Source: Anolis carolinensis
Lineage: Eukaryota
Assembly (NCBI RefSeq): GCF_035594765.1
Contig: NC_085844.1
Span: 235,368,107 to 235,432,106, forward strand
DNA length: 64,000 nt
Reading direction: 5' to 3'
Part shown: positions 1 through 12,580 of the stretch, one piece after another
Numbering within the stretch: the stretch's first letter is position 1
Layout of the letters: every line of letters begins with the position of its first letter
The notes under the pieces: model-generated
Told to the model about the DNA's origin: nothing
Database searches by the model: none
The model's input: the letters and a program-made list of their open reading frames with translations, nothing else
Position numbers and translations under genes: made by a program

Positions 1-35
1 CTGTGGACCACTGGCCATTTAAATTCTAGGTATGA

Positions 36-215
36 AGCCTGTCTGATTTTGGAGATTGGTTAGTAATGAGGTGGGAAACTGTCAATGAATACCAGGTGTT
101 ATGGGCTATCATTCAGAAATACCATCTCTGAGGATTCATTGCCTAAGAATACCCTAAGAAATTCATGAGGTCAACATAAATCAAGAAGTATCTCAAGGAG
201 GGGCACACACACACA
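36..215 (+). mobile_element. 5S rRNA-derived SINE, degenerate
   Basis: 5S-like GGTTAGTA..TGGGAAAC..GAATACCAGGTGTTATGGGCT head, Sauria/BovB-like tail ending in CACACAC. Confidence 0.6.
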
Positions 216-709
216 GAAGAAACGGTCCATTCCTTACCCCAATATTATAATAACAACCACAACTACTACTACTACCACTACCATTACTTTATTTCTAACC
301 CACACTCTCTCCCCGAAGGGACTCAACATGAAAGAAACCCTTTCAGTTTTTGGGAATACAGTGTAAGGAAGAGAACTTAAGCAAAACTTCACTGATTGTC
401 TACTTGAGTTCTCCTCTCCCCCAGCCTGTGCCACCCAGATATTATGGGCCTTTACATGCTCTTAGCTGAATGAGAATTATGCGAGTTGTGGTCCATAGAG
501 TATTTAGGGTTTTAACTTTTGCAAATATGATTATTCAAAAATCTGATTAACATGTTCTCTGTATGATTCTCTAAGTTCTCTATAGTGCCTCCTATGTTCA
601 ATTTCTGCCACTGGAGAAACTACAGATTTTTAAAGAGAACACTTCTCTAGGAAATTCTAGGTGCTCGAGGGCCATTCTATGGTCACCTTTGGGGTGCATA
701 GTTCAAATA

Positions 710-997
710 AAAGGTAAAGGTTTCCCCTGACGTTAAGTCCAGTTGTGACCAACTCTGGGGATTGGAGCTCATCTCCATTTCTAAGCCGAAGAGCCGGCGT
801 TGTCCATAGACATCTCCAGGTCATGTGGCCAGCATGACTGCATGGAGCGGCGTTATCTTCCCGCTGGAGCGGTACCTATTGATCTACTCACATTTGCATG
901 TTTTCGAACTGCTAGGGTGGCAGGATTTGAACCTGGGACCTTTTGGTCCACAAGGTCAGCAGCTCAGCGCTTTAACGCACTGTGCCACCAGGGCCCC
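710..997 (-). mobile_element. Sauria SINE with internal deletion
   Basis: Reverse complement has tRNA head TGGTGGCACAGTGCGTTAAAGCGCTGAGC, core CTAGCAGTTCGAAAACATGCAAATGTGAGTAGATCAATAGGTACC and ACCTTT tail. Confidence 0.9.
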
Positions 998-1201
998 CTG
1001 GTGTTCAAATAGTGTATTAAAATTTCACATTTTACTTACCACTTTCACAAGGGTCTTGTGCCTCTAACCCCAGCAAAAATGGATGTGATACTGTATTCTA
1101 AAATGTGATGTTTTTTTTTCTTGGTAACAAATGCCTGCTAAAGTACAAGAAGAAGCAGGATAGGTTTTGCACATGTACATAGCCAACCTGCATCCCCAAA
1201 T

Positions 1202-1268
1202 CTAGCTATCCAATCTTTCCAATCTTTCCAATCTTTCTAGCTATCCAATCTTTCTAGCTATCCAATCT
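1202..1268. repeat. Compound tandem repeat of CTAGCTATCCAATCTTT / CCAATCTTT
   Basis: Five CCAATCTT units directly visible. Confidence 0.85.
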
Positions 1269-3111
1269 TACCCTTGCATCTCCTGGCAACACTGCTCTCA
1301 ATGGAGATCTTTTCTGCCACCCTAAGTGTAGCAACCAGAAGGTAGATGGATGCTGCTGGGTTGGAGGAGGGGGCATGGAAGCAAATATTTATGGCTTTTT
1401 AGCAAGGTCAACACCAACAATGCCTTCCTTCTCCCACCCCCCTCAGAAGGCAAAGGAGGGGGAGTACAAAGCAACAGAATCCCTCCTTTATTGCAGGCTA
1501 AAGAAAGCCTGGCCCACCCTCCCCTCACCCAAATGCTCCTATCAGCCTTCACACATGTAATTTTAGCTTAGCTTCTAACAAGCTTCTAGAGGTTGTGATA
1601 TACCCCCCCCCCCCTTTTCTCTCTCTCTCTCTGAAAATGACTGTGGGATGAATGGAAAACTTTCTTCCTCTCCTTATTATCCCAGTTTCCTTCCTGCAAT
1701 TTCGACCAGGGAAGACAAAAATTACAATATTCTTGGAGAATTGGTCAGTTTTATTCCCTTTGGTTTGGGAATGGGAGGAGGGGATCAGAGGGCAGAGTCT
1801 CCATGAGGACAGCCGGGTTCCCCCACCCCTCCCCTTTTAATAATAAAGAAGTAGCTATGGCAACAGGGTTAATTAATGTGTCTCATTTGCAAAACTAAAA
1901 CCCTCCCAAACTCATTCAGATGTCTTGGTGCCTCCATTCTTAAAACTCAGCCTGGGGAATTGTATTCTCTCCCCCTTACCAGAAATATGAATGCAAGCAA
2001 ACAGGGGAGAATTACCCTCCAAATGTAGTTGTAGTAGAATATAAAGACGGTTTCAGAAATGTGATCTCCTTAAGTGACTCCCTCCCAAAGAGAATCCTGT
2101 TTGAAGGATGGATGGATAGATGGGAAATGGACCCCTCTCCCAGTTGCACACATTGGAACACACTTTAACATCAGCAACATTATAGAGAATTTTTAAAAAA
2201 AGAAACAGCCTTTTTTTAAAACAAAAATCAGGCAAGAGGTTAAAAGGGAGTGGATGAAAAGCCTTTGGACTATCATATAACCAGAGAGGAAAATGCCGGT
2301 ATCTGAATGATGTCTAGACAGTCATAAAAAGGGCAATTAAAGTGGAGCAAGCTTCAGTACGCTAATGTCTCCTTCTGAGAAATGGAGCAATTTTAAGAAT
2401 ACATAGTCCATAATATTAGTTTTTCATTTCCAGCCTTCTTGAAAATAAACAAAAGAAGGGGAGAAGTTTTCTAGACATCAAATAAATGCTAGTAATGAGA
2501 GAGGGGGAAAGCCCATTGAAACCGCTTTCTACATGAAGCCAGTAGAATTCACCTAACACTTGTCAATTCCCCCGCCCTGCACCTTTAAAAAAAAATATCA
2601 GTCTCATACATTCTGCTTGCGTCCTGTCTAGACTGCGATAACAAAGGGCATTTAAGCCCCACAAGATGCAGTGACAGAGAGTAGCCATTTAAAGAGGCAG
2701 CATTGCATTTCTCAGTTGACTGCAGTTTGTCAGACGGATCTTTAAATGAAAATGAGCAATACTTGATTGTGAATCATTTTTCATCCCCCCACACACACCA
2801 CACATACACCTAAATCCCAGGATTCACAATATACAGTGACACCATAACCAGATGGCTATGGTTTATTTTTATTTTATTATATTAGAAAGAACTCAAAATA
2901 GATTGACTTTTTTAAAAAAGTGATTCCCATTTAGTGAATAAAGACTGATCTACAATGTAGTCTTCCCAAATATGTATTCTTATATTCATAATATTATGGT
3001 GCTATTCTCATTGTGGCAACAATTATCGTCTGAGTTCTTGTCTTGCCTTGCCTTTTTATTATTTGAAAGTTGTTATATGTTTGCTCATCACCTAAACGTC
3101 TGATTTGCTCT

Positions 3112-3373
3112 CATAGAATCATAGAATAGTAGAGTTGGAAGAGACCTCATGGGCCATCTAGTCCAACCCCCTGCCAAGAAGCAGGAAATCGCATTCAAAG
3201 CACCCACGACAGATGGCCATCCAGCCTCTGCTTGAAAGCCTCCACCACAGTCTGGGGCAGAGAGTTCCACTGTCGAACAGCCCTCACAGTGAGGAAGTTC
3301 TTCCTGATGTTCAGGTGGAATCTCCTTTCCTGTAGTTTGAAGCCATTGTTCCGCATCCTAGTCTCCAGGGCAG
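3112..3373 (-). mobile_element. CR1 LINE 3' fragment
   Basis: Encodes ...[32 protein letters not shown]..., with (ATTCTATG)n tail. Confidence 0.92.
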
Positions 3374-3469
3374 GAAAATTATGATACACACTAAACAGAA
3401 TGTATGTTTTCTTCTTCTTCTAAATGTAGACAGTATTATCAACTGCTCTCTTAAAAGGCCTGTGAACTA

Positions 3470-3937
3470 CAGTAAAATCTCACTTATCCAACATTCGCTT
3501 ATCCAACGTTCTAGATTATCCAACGCAGTCTGTCTCCCTCCCAGATCCACAGCTGTTTCTCTAGGCAGCAAGGACTGAACTTTTTACGTATCTAATTTCC
3601 GACAATGTTGTTACTGTAAGTTTATTTCATGCAATTTTATCTTTATTTGTAGTCAATTTGTTAGTAGGCAATGTTTTTGTAGTCAATGTTTTCAATACAT
3701 TGCGATGTTTTGGTGCTAAATTCGTAAATACAATAATTACTACATAACATTACCGTGTATTGAACTGTTTTTTCTGTCAATTTGTTGTAAAACATGATGT
3801 TTTGGTGCTTTATTTGTAAAATCATAACATAATTTGATGTTTAGTAGGCTTTTCCTTAATCCCTCCTTATTATCCAACATTTTTGCTTATCCAATGTTCT
3901 GCCGGCCCATTTACGTTGGATAAGTGAGACTCTACTA
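3470..3937. mobile_element. Tc1/mariner (Tigger/pogo-like) MITE
   Basis: TIRs CAGTAAAATCTCACTTATCCAAC / GTTGGATAAGTGAGACTCTACTA, TA on both flanks. Confidence 0.9.
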
Positions 3938-4113
3938 TACTACCAAGTCACACACATTCCTTCTTGCTGTCCCTTACAACCCTACTCGATGTCATATATT
4001 TCTTGCTTCAAATCTGTTCTTTTCAAGGAAACCTTTTTGCACTCTTTCCCAGCTTAAATAGCTGCTCCACTCTCCTACCTTCTCCACTATGAAATGCAAA
4101 ATGATAAGTTTCA

Positions 4114-4335
4114 TTCCTGCCAACCTAGCAGTTCGAAAACATGCCAATGTGAGTAGATCAATAGGTACCGCTCCGGCAGGAAGGTAATGGTGCTCCATGC
4201 AGTCATGCCGGCCACATGACCTTGGAGGTGTCTACGGACAACGCCGCCTCTTCGGCTTAGAAATTGAGATGAGCACCAACCCCCAGAGTAAGACATGACT
4301 GGACTTAACGTCAGGGGAAACCTTTACCTTTACCT
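4114..4335 (+). mobile_element. Sauria SINE, 5' truncated
   Basis: Core sequence plus ACCTTTACCTTTACC tail. Confidence 0.9.
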
Positions 4336-4924
4336 AAGTTTGATTATTGTTACAGCCAATACTCAAAATAGACTTTGGTTGGATTTAAAATCTACTCTCG
4401 TCCAAGTGGTCGGAATGTAAATTGCTACATGCAAATAATGGGGTGGAGTGAGGGTCTTTTATTCATACAGGGTCCACTGGCCATTTTGTCCAATGCAATT
4501 TCCAAAGGCAGTGATTCACAAATTACACCCCCAAAAAATCAAATGCAAACATTGGTCTCTAGAATTATATGGTGTATCATCATCCCAATGAGTCAGTTCA
4601 CATACTTCAGAGAAAGTTCTTGTTCACACAAAATGATAATCGCTACATAAATCATGGTTTACTGGATCTAAAAGGAGTGTTGTTCCTGCATCTCCATGGC
4701 TTCCATGTAATCTGTAATATAACAAAAATGTCTGGGGAAACTAAAATTCAGTATGTTTTTTCCTTTTTGCACAGAAATTCCCAATGTCCAAGCTGGGTTC
4801 AAGAAAAAGAGAGTTATTAGACAGAATATTGCAAACACACATTGGCTAATAGTGCGCACCCAAGAAGTTCAGAAAGAAATCAATCTCTGCATTATAATTT
4901 GTTAGCAAAGCCTTTGATTATATA

Positions 4925-5365
4925 TAGACTATGCAAAAACTATGAATTGCTACTTGAACAACATGTGTACACAACATGTGATTGACCTGATGTGTGACCT
5001 AAACAGGAGACCACTGTCAAGGCAGAACATAGAGAAACAGGATGATTTTCAATGGGCAAGAAGGTCAGACAAAATGGTATTTCCCATCCCATCTATTTAA
5101 TTTATATGCAGAACGTATCATGCAGAAGGCAGGATTAGACTCAGAAGAAGGAGGTGTGAAAATTGGGGGAAGAAATGTCAACATTTTAAGATGCACAGAT
5201 GACACCACATTACCAGCCGAAACGAGTAAAAATTTGGAATAACTACTGATGTAATTTAAAGAAGAAAGTTCAAAAGAATGATTACAGCTGAATATTTGGG
5301 AAACAAAAATAACAAAGGCAAATGACTTACATAATTTTAAAGCAGATGATAAAAATATTGATACA
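4925..5365 (+). mobile_element. RTE-BovB LINE reverse transcriptase fragment (decayed)
   Basis: LFNLYAERIMQKAGLDSEEGGVKIGGRNVNILRCTDDTTL matches the BovB RT region around the YADD motif. Confidence 0.85.
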
Positions 5366-5599
5366 GTTGGGATACCAAAGTAAGAATAATTTATGCCATA
5401 GTATTTTGTATTAAAAGCCGTCTCCAAGGTGCTCCAACTGGGACACCTTTTCCCCAAGAAAACTCATTGAGGAGTGAATTTCCCTTTTGAGGGATAGATT
5501 TCTCTCACTTTCTGTTATCTCACCCACTTGTAACAATGTGTCAGTTGTAAGTCAGATGTTTGTAAATTGGGGACTGCCTGTATATATGTGGAAAACAGG

Positions 5600-5905
5600 T
5601 CTATGAAGAAAGCAGCCAGGAAAGCACATGAATCGGTCCTACAGCAAAATAAAGCTGAACTCTCACTAAGGCCCCTTCTACACTGCCATGTAATCCAGAT
5701 TATCAAATCAGAAAATCCACATTATTTGCTTTGAACTGTATTATATAAATCTGCAGTGCCATTTAATCCAGTTCAAAGCAGATAATCAGGGAAGCCACGA
5801 CCATGAACTTGCAAGACCTGAGCAGGGATGCTGATGACAGGGGCTCTTTGAGGTTTCTTATTCATAGGACTCTCATAAGTCAAAGCAGAACATGACAGCT
5901 AATAA
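5600..5905 (+). mobile_element. BovB 3' end interrupted by a Harbinger-like MITE fragment (~5670-5790)
   Basis: BovB-like 3' sequence with AACAAAC-type tail. The insert begins GGCCCCTTCTACACTGCC. Confidence 0.6.
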
Positions 5906-6158
5906 CAAACTAATAACAAAATGTATTTCTTTTAAAGCGCCCATGGTGGGGTAACTGGTTAAACCACTAAGATGCAGAACTTGCTGACCGAAAGGTTGGC
6001 AGTTCAAATCCGCGGGACGGGATGAGCGCCAGTTGTTAGCCCCAGCTTCTGCCAACCTAGCAGTTCAAAAATATGCAAATGTAAGTAGATCAATAGGTAT
6101 CGCGTCGGTAGGAAGGTAACGGTGCTCCATGCAATCATGCTGGCCACATGACCTAGGA

Positions 6159-6671
6159 TAGTGGTTCCCAAACTTATTTGGCCTACCGCCCCCTTTCCAG
6201 AAAAAATATACTCAGCGCCCTGGAAATTAATTTTTTTTAAATGTTATAAATGTTAATAGCAATTAAACAGAAAGATAGGGAAGAGGGAGCAAGCTTGTTT
6301 TCTGCTGCCCTGCAGACTAGGACACGGAACAATGGCTTCAAACTACAGGAAAGGAGATTCCACCTGAACATCAGGAAGAACTTCCTCACTGTGAGAGCTG
6401 TTCGACAGTGGAACTCTCTCCCCGGGGCCGTGGTGGAGGCTCCTTCCTTGGAGGCTTTTAAGCAGAGGCTGGATGGCCATCTGTCGGGGGTGCTTTGAAT
6501 GCGATTTCCTGCTTCTTAGCAGGGGGTTGGACTAGATGGCCCATGTGGTCTCTTCCAACTCTACTATTCTATGATTCTATGATTCTATATATGTACCTGT
6601 GGCCATCACTGCTCCCCTGGATTGCTGCAGCGCCCACCAGGGGGCGGTAGCGCCCACTTTGGGAATCACTG
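6159..6671. mobile_element. hAT non-autonomous element
   Basis: TIRs TAGTGGTTCCCAAA / TTTGGGAATCACTG and exact 8-bp TSD ACCTAGGA (6151-6158, 6672-6679). Confidence 0.92.
6275..6588 (+). mobile_element. CR1 LINE 3' fragment inside the hAT element
   Basis: [36 protein letters not shown]...GHLSGVL* followed by ATTCTATG repeats. Confidence 0.92.
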
Positions 6672-9600
6672 ACCTAGGAGAAGTCTACTGACACCAGCTC
6701 TGTGGTTTAGAAATGGAGATGAGCACCAACCCTCAGAGTCGGACTCGACTAAACTTAATGTCAAGGGAAAACCTTTATCTTTACCTTTTATTTCTTTTAA
6801 ACTTTGTTTTTGTTGTTTGTTTGTTTTTATAAAAAGGCAATCAGGTCAGTAGAGGGCTATTTGAGTTGTCATCCAAAAAGTAACTTTTCCATGCTCTGCT
6901 GAAAATCACTGAAAGATACTTCCCAAAACTAATGTTTTAAAAAGTAAATTGTATGTCAGTTCCAGCAAATAATAGGATCATAGAACATGACCCTACTTTT
7001 TATTATTATTTTTATTTACTTCCACCTCAACAATAACAGGCTATATGGTGATTTATAATTCCAAACTTTGGCATTGCCTTGGAGAAATCTACCTTAATCA
7101 AACCAGGTTTATTGGTAATTTGAGAGAGGGTGAAGTTATTTAATTTGCATCTAGTCTTCATTATATGATCCAGTAAATGAGTTGTTTACAGCTTGCCTAC
7201 TTAAGTTGAATACTGCATTCTCCTGTGCCATATTCTGACCCTTAGCAATGCAAAAGAAGTGTGATGTGCCGACAGACCATGTTGCTTTGCCGAGACTGTG
7301 CTGTTTGGGCTATGTATTTATCGCATGTTGCTCTACCCATTTTGCATGATGGCATGGAGTCAACATACTTCACAATACCATTTAGTCATGCCAAGTGGGC
7401 AGAACTTTGAAAAAAGTCAAGACTCATACCAGGATGACTCAGTGTAAGAAGAAGAAAGGAAAGCAACAGATGACTGAAAGGAAAGCAACAGATGAGCACT
7501 AGGCTCATTCACGCAGCTTTAATTCTTTCACCTTTTAGTTGCTCAGCAATTCAATCATATGCAAAGAGTTAAGTGATGCATCAGCTCCTAGAAACACAAT
7601 GTTGCCTTCCAAGCTGCTTACTTTAAAAGCAGTAGCAGACAACTTTCTCAGTTACAGGCAGCCAATTGATCTTGGCATCTGCACCTGCTTTATTAAACAA
7701 AAGGGCAAGTTTGTGGGTGAAGTGAAAATTCTTGAAAAACCGGGCCAAGAGAGGAAACATCTTCTGCTTCCTTGCATTTATGAGCTGCTGGAGACTTAAA
7801 ATATTTCAAATCACACACATATAACATATACACAATCTGCTTAGATTTTGAAGAACGAGCATGCCCAAGAGTGATAATGAAGGATACTGCAGAACCATTG
7901 CTACTGGGGCATCAGTTCTGGAGGAAATAACTTACATTATCAGCTGCACTGAGACATACTATTAGCATAACATGCATGCTCTGAATTAGCATGTAGCACT
8001 TCTCAGCAACTGCAGGAGGTCCAGAATCACAGATCTCTTCTGCATGGCCATTGCTGCACCCTCAGAGTAAATCTACTGGCAACAAGCAACAACAAAAGGG
8101 GACCAGAAAAACAGTGGCTCTCAAAATGATGTTCATAGATGTGGCTGGACTACAGTTCTCAGAATTCCCACCCAATATAAGAATGATCGGAGATTCTGCA
8201 AGTTGTAATCAAACATCTGGGAGCCTAAGGTTATAGTATCCCTCATTATAATGAAATGGAGGATATTTTATGGGTCTAACCCCAAGTTCTGACAACATGT
8301 TGCCAATGGTATCATAAATGTATCTGGGAATGTTTAGCTTCTAACTGATATGTCGTAAAGCTGGAAAAGTGGTGTCTTGTATTCCAGTAGCACAATCTCC
8401 AGTCCTACACCTAGTGAAGAATAACAGTAATGTGCTTAGGTGTTTGAAATGAACTCGGCTGGGAAATATGAATAGAAGGAAATTTCACTGGGCAGTAGTA
8501 TTTTTGCACCTCCTAAGCCTTTAGACACAAATACATAAATACCCTATTCAAGAAATGGATTTAAAATGTGATGAGATTCAATGTGCATAATTGGGATAAA
8601 ATATGAGAAAAGTTGTAGACATTAGATAGTGTGTGCAAATACAGGTTTCAATTAGGAATATGAGCCAACTTGTATATGTTTCAGTGTGGGAAGAAAACAT
8701 GACATAGCCTTGATACAAAACAAGGACGGGATAAAAATACAGGTCAAATCAAATGAAAACACAACAAAATCAAAACAGAGAAATGCTCATGGCCAGGAAA
8801 AGATAGAAAACAGATAAATGGCTGGGAGCCTTCTGAGCCTGCCTTTGAATGTAGGCTTCCACATGTACCACGTGTTCCACATGTAGGCTTCCACTGAATG
8901 TTGGCTGAAGGCCTACTGTCTTGTTTCTTTCTCCTGACTCCATCAGTCACTACTGCTATCGCTTTGCCTCTGTTCTAACCTGGCTTCCTTCACTGCCTCC
9001 AGTTGGGGTATCCCAAAGAAGTATTTACATCATGGGCAAGAGATAGCAATAGTAAAGATTAATAGCACCTGCACAGAGGACAGGAGAAGGGCTTCCAAGC
9101 AGCATTCAACCTGATGGTATATCATAACAGTTGAGATTGGAAGAACATGTCCCCAACTTCCTTTGTAACTTAAGTGTTGTGTGATTGTTTCTCTGGACTG
9201 TAAAAAACAAGGAGTTGAAGGTGGGTAGTAGTGGACAAAGTGAAAGTGTGCCAAAAATGACATGGAAGAAAAACAATAGCTCATTCCTCATAACTATTCA
9301 CTTCAGCCTTTAAAATTACTATTACAGAGGATTCTGGGCAAAAGTCAAGGGTGAGCAACTATTAGGAGTCAAGGGCTCATACTGGCCCCTAGTACATCTT
9401 GGAGGATGGCACCCACTTCTAAAATACATCCGTTATGTTCCACAGTGATTTCTGTGGACATGGGGGATTTATTTCAGCATATTTGGATCCTTGTGGGTTA
9501 TGAAAAACAGCCCAGGATAATAAGTACACAACTCAAAGGCTACACTTTGTCTACCCCAATAACAGTTCATATTGAATGCTAGTCTCTTGTGTGACCAGTA

Positions 9601-10797
9601 AAAGTTGAATATGTGCACCAAAAATAATACCCACCTGTTTCCAGAGTCCGCTACAGCATGCAAGGTTGTAAATACACAGGGAAAGTGACAATCAGGAGAG
9701 GTTGGCAACCTATCTTTGAGGGAAGCTTACCAACCATCACTGATATTCATTAAGTGAGGAATTGTAGGAATGGCACAACTATTGCTTCCATACTAGCCTT
9801 CACAACTCTGCATGGTCTTGCTGTGTTGAATTATAACTTCTATCACCTCTCCAGCCAAGGCCATGCTTTTTGAGCATTATGGGAGTTGCAGCATGAGATG
9901 AAGGTAGGTTGCCATGGATTAATACAAAGTGAAATGAAGTTTACACTCAGTTGAGTGTAAATCTCCCTCCCCAGAACATAAAGATGTACATTTATCTTTA
10001 AAGGCACATTACATCCAGCACTGTGATTCCAATTAAAGGCAACCATTACCAGATCTGGTAGAGGAATTCATGCTATTCTACACTCTCAGTATCTGGTGAC
10101 CTGAAGTAATGCCAACTCTTAAATGTAGGTTCTAGAAAGAATATATTTGCTGGGTTAAGAGCCACTGAGACTGGGGAAAGGGTTGAAGCTCTGTGGTAGA
10201 ACACATGCCTGGTATGCAGAAGTTCCCAAGTTTGATCTCTGGTGCCCCCAAGTAGATCTGAGAAAGTCTCCTGCCTGAAACTCAAATAAGTCATGCTACT
10301 GGGCACATTCTACAAGTTGTTGCCTAAAGGAGTTATATTTCAAAGGTTTCCTGCAGAGCCATGTGGCAGTTTCCTGTGATCCTTCTCTATGAAGCAATTT
10401 GGCCAAGATCTCTCTCTGCTTACTTATTTCCAAGAGAAAAAAAAAACCCTAGGAGTTGGCAGAAAACCAAGTCCAAGTTGCATTTGTAGCACAGATAACC
10501 CACCTATGTCAGGCCACAAACAGGGCAGGAAAACAAGAAAAAGAACCACTCTCACGATAAACACATTTTTATACAGAACTGAAATGGCATGATCTACTTT
10601 TGCAAAATTACTCAATGGGACACTATTTTGTTTCAGTTCTTTTCTTGCATTTTTAAGTGAATTAGTACAGTCTCGTATCAAGAAGCAAGTAATAGTCAAA
10701 TGGTCCTAGATATATGGATGAAGCAGTTACCACAAAGAAGTCAAAAGTAGCTACAGTTGGAAGCTGAGGTTTCACAACAGTGATGGAGGAATACATA

Positions 10798-11012
10798 CAA
10801 TTGCCTCTACATACCCATAGATTCTGTATCCACAGAAACAACAACTCATAGTTTTAAAAATTCCAAACAGCAAACTTTGATTTTGATATTTTATTTAAGG
10901 GACATTTTCAAATACACCATAGAATATAATGGAAACAGAGCATCCATGTATTTTGGTATCCATGGGGATGGATGTCCAGGACGAAACTTCAGTAAATACC
11001 AAGGATTCACTG
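10798..11012. mobile_element. Tigger-like MITE, degenerate
   Basis: TA-flanked, CAATTG...CACTG ends, internal TATCCA motifs. Confidence 0.5.
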
Positions 11013-11435
11013 TACAACATATCACAGATGAAAACTGGTACACGTCATACTCAACAGCACCAGTCTTTGGTCAAGATAGCAACAAATATTAATGAGGAAT
11101 AGCAACAAGCTAGGACAGACTACAACATTTTGTTTTTGTCTGTACATTCAGGGAAAGACAAGCTTCTTCTACCTTCTCTTCCCCAGCTTAATTGATTTAA
11201 TGCAAACTACTTCTGCACTTTGAACTAAGTTTGTTGCCTGGGGGAGTGAGTGAAACAGAGAGATATCCAAAGCAACTGGAAAAGTTGAACAACAGAGGAT
11301 TAACTGGGACGGTTCCGGTTATATTGGGACAGTTGGATAGTATGGTAATAACATGCTTGGATACAAGTGTGCATAGGATTGCTACCACACTTAACTGAAA
11401 TTAAGGCCAATTGAATTCAGTGGGATTTACATCTG

Positions 11436-11493
11436 AGTAGACAGGTAAAGAAAGAACTGTGTTGTGTAGACAGGTAAAGAAAGAACTGTGTTG
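11436..11493. repeat. 29-bp direct tandem duplication
   Basis: GTAGACAGGTAAAGAAAGAACTGTGTTGT present twice. Confidence 0.85.
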
Positions 11494-12471
11494 TATGTTT
11501 TGTTTTAGATATACAATAAGATGAGAGCATGGGATCAGTAGCCTTTATGCCTTTGTTTCTTGCCACTATTGCTTTGAGTGATAAGGTGTGACCAGGAAGC
11601 TTGTCCCGGAAATTCTAAATTGGATTTGCTGCCATTTATCACCACTTTTTGCAATATCAACATGTATTATTCCACCTCCCTCCTTATGCTGCAACCCCTT
11701 TTCCTTGTTTCTTAATTATTATTTTAATAAGACTGTTCTTAACTTCACTGCTCTTCCCACAATAGCCCAAGGGCTACAACTGTTCATTAGACAGAATTTC
11801 TCTTTTAATTGCACTGACACAGATGCGTAGGTTATCTGAAAGAAATTACAAAAAAAGAACAGTGAAGAATAGATTCTTCTCTGTCTCTCCTTCCCACCCC
11901 TTTTTGAAGGATTTGTAAACTGCCCTCCTCTCAAACCTTTTATAAGGGATTGCTCTTAACCTTGATCCTATTCTCAACCCAGTTCTGAACTCAATTATCC
12001 CCCTGTAAGAACCATCCCTCGTGAAAGACTGAATGGGGTTTTGACAACTTGGTAGGAACTTAAGAGCTAGGACCAGATCAAGCACCTGTCTGTCTATCGG
12101 TCTGCTGTCAATAGTGGCCAACAAAGTCCAAGGATCATTAAGACAACAAGATGGAGAGAGAAACAGTTCTCAAAAAGGAAGTGCTTTGTTGCTATACTAC
12201 AATTGAAAATGTATTTTTACTGGGGGTTTTTCCCTTTTATTGCTTTTGTTCATGGCCATGGGATGTTGTAGCCTAACCTTGTAGTCCTCATGGACTCACT
12301 CCCAATAATACCTGACACAGACCGGTGACTCTCTAACACCACTACTTTTCTTCTCATACATTATTAAATTTACCATCTCTTCTTGAAGAAGCCACCAGGG
12401 GACAGCAATTGTGATCATGATGTATTTTGTGTCTTTTAAATGGGACAAATGTACATAGTGAAGGGCTAGAG

Positions 12472-12580
12472 CAGCCATGGGCAAACTTTGGCCCTCGAGG
12501 TGTTTTGGACTTCAACTCCAGCCTACCAGCTGTTAGGAATAGTGGAAGTTGAAGTCCAAAAACACCTGGAGGGTCAAAGT
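12472..12580. mobile_element. Palindromic hAT MITE (truncated)
   Basis: GGTGTTTTGGACTTCAACTCC / GTTGAAGTCCAAAACACC arms. Confidence 0.75.

Larger units (their letters stand above)
5937..6790 (+). mobile_element. Sauria SINE hosting nested hAT MITE and CR1
   Basis: SINE head and core 5937-6158, resumes at 6672 and runs to the ACCTTT tail. Confidence 0.9.

Noticed and set aside
234-300. Minus ORF ending MVVVVVVVVVVIIILG, resembling the PMEPA1 transmembrane exon
   Set aside because: It is an ACT/ACC microsatellite next to an L2-type tail and lacks ELEFVQ and TCLLSHYKL.
1202-1268. Repeat-spacer-like array
   Set aside because: Simple slippage repeat in vertebrate DNA with no unique spacers, so not CRISPR.
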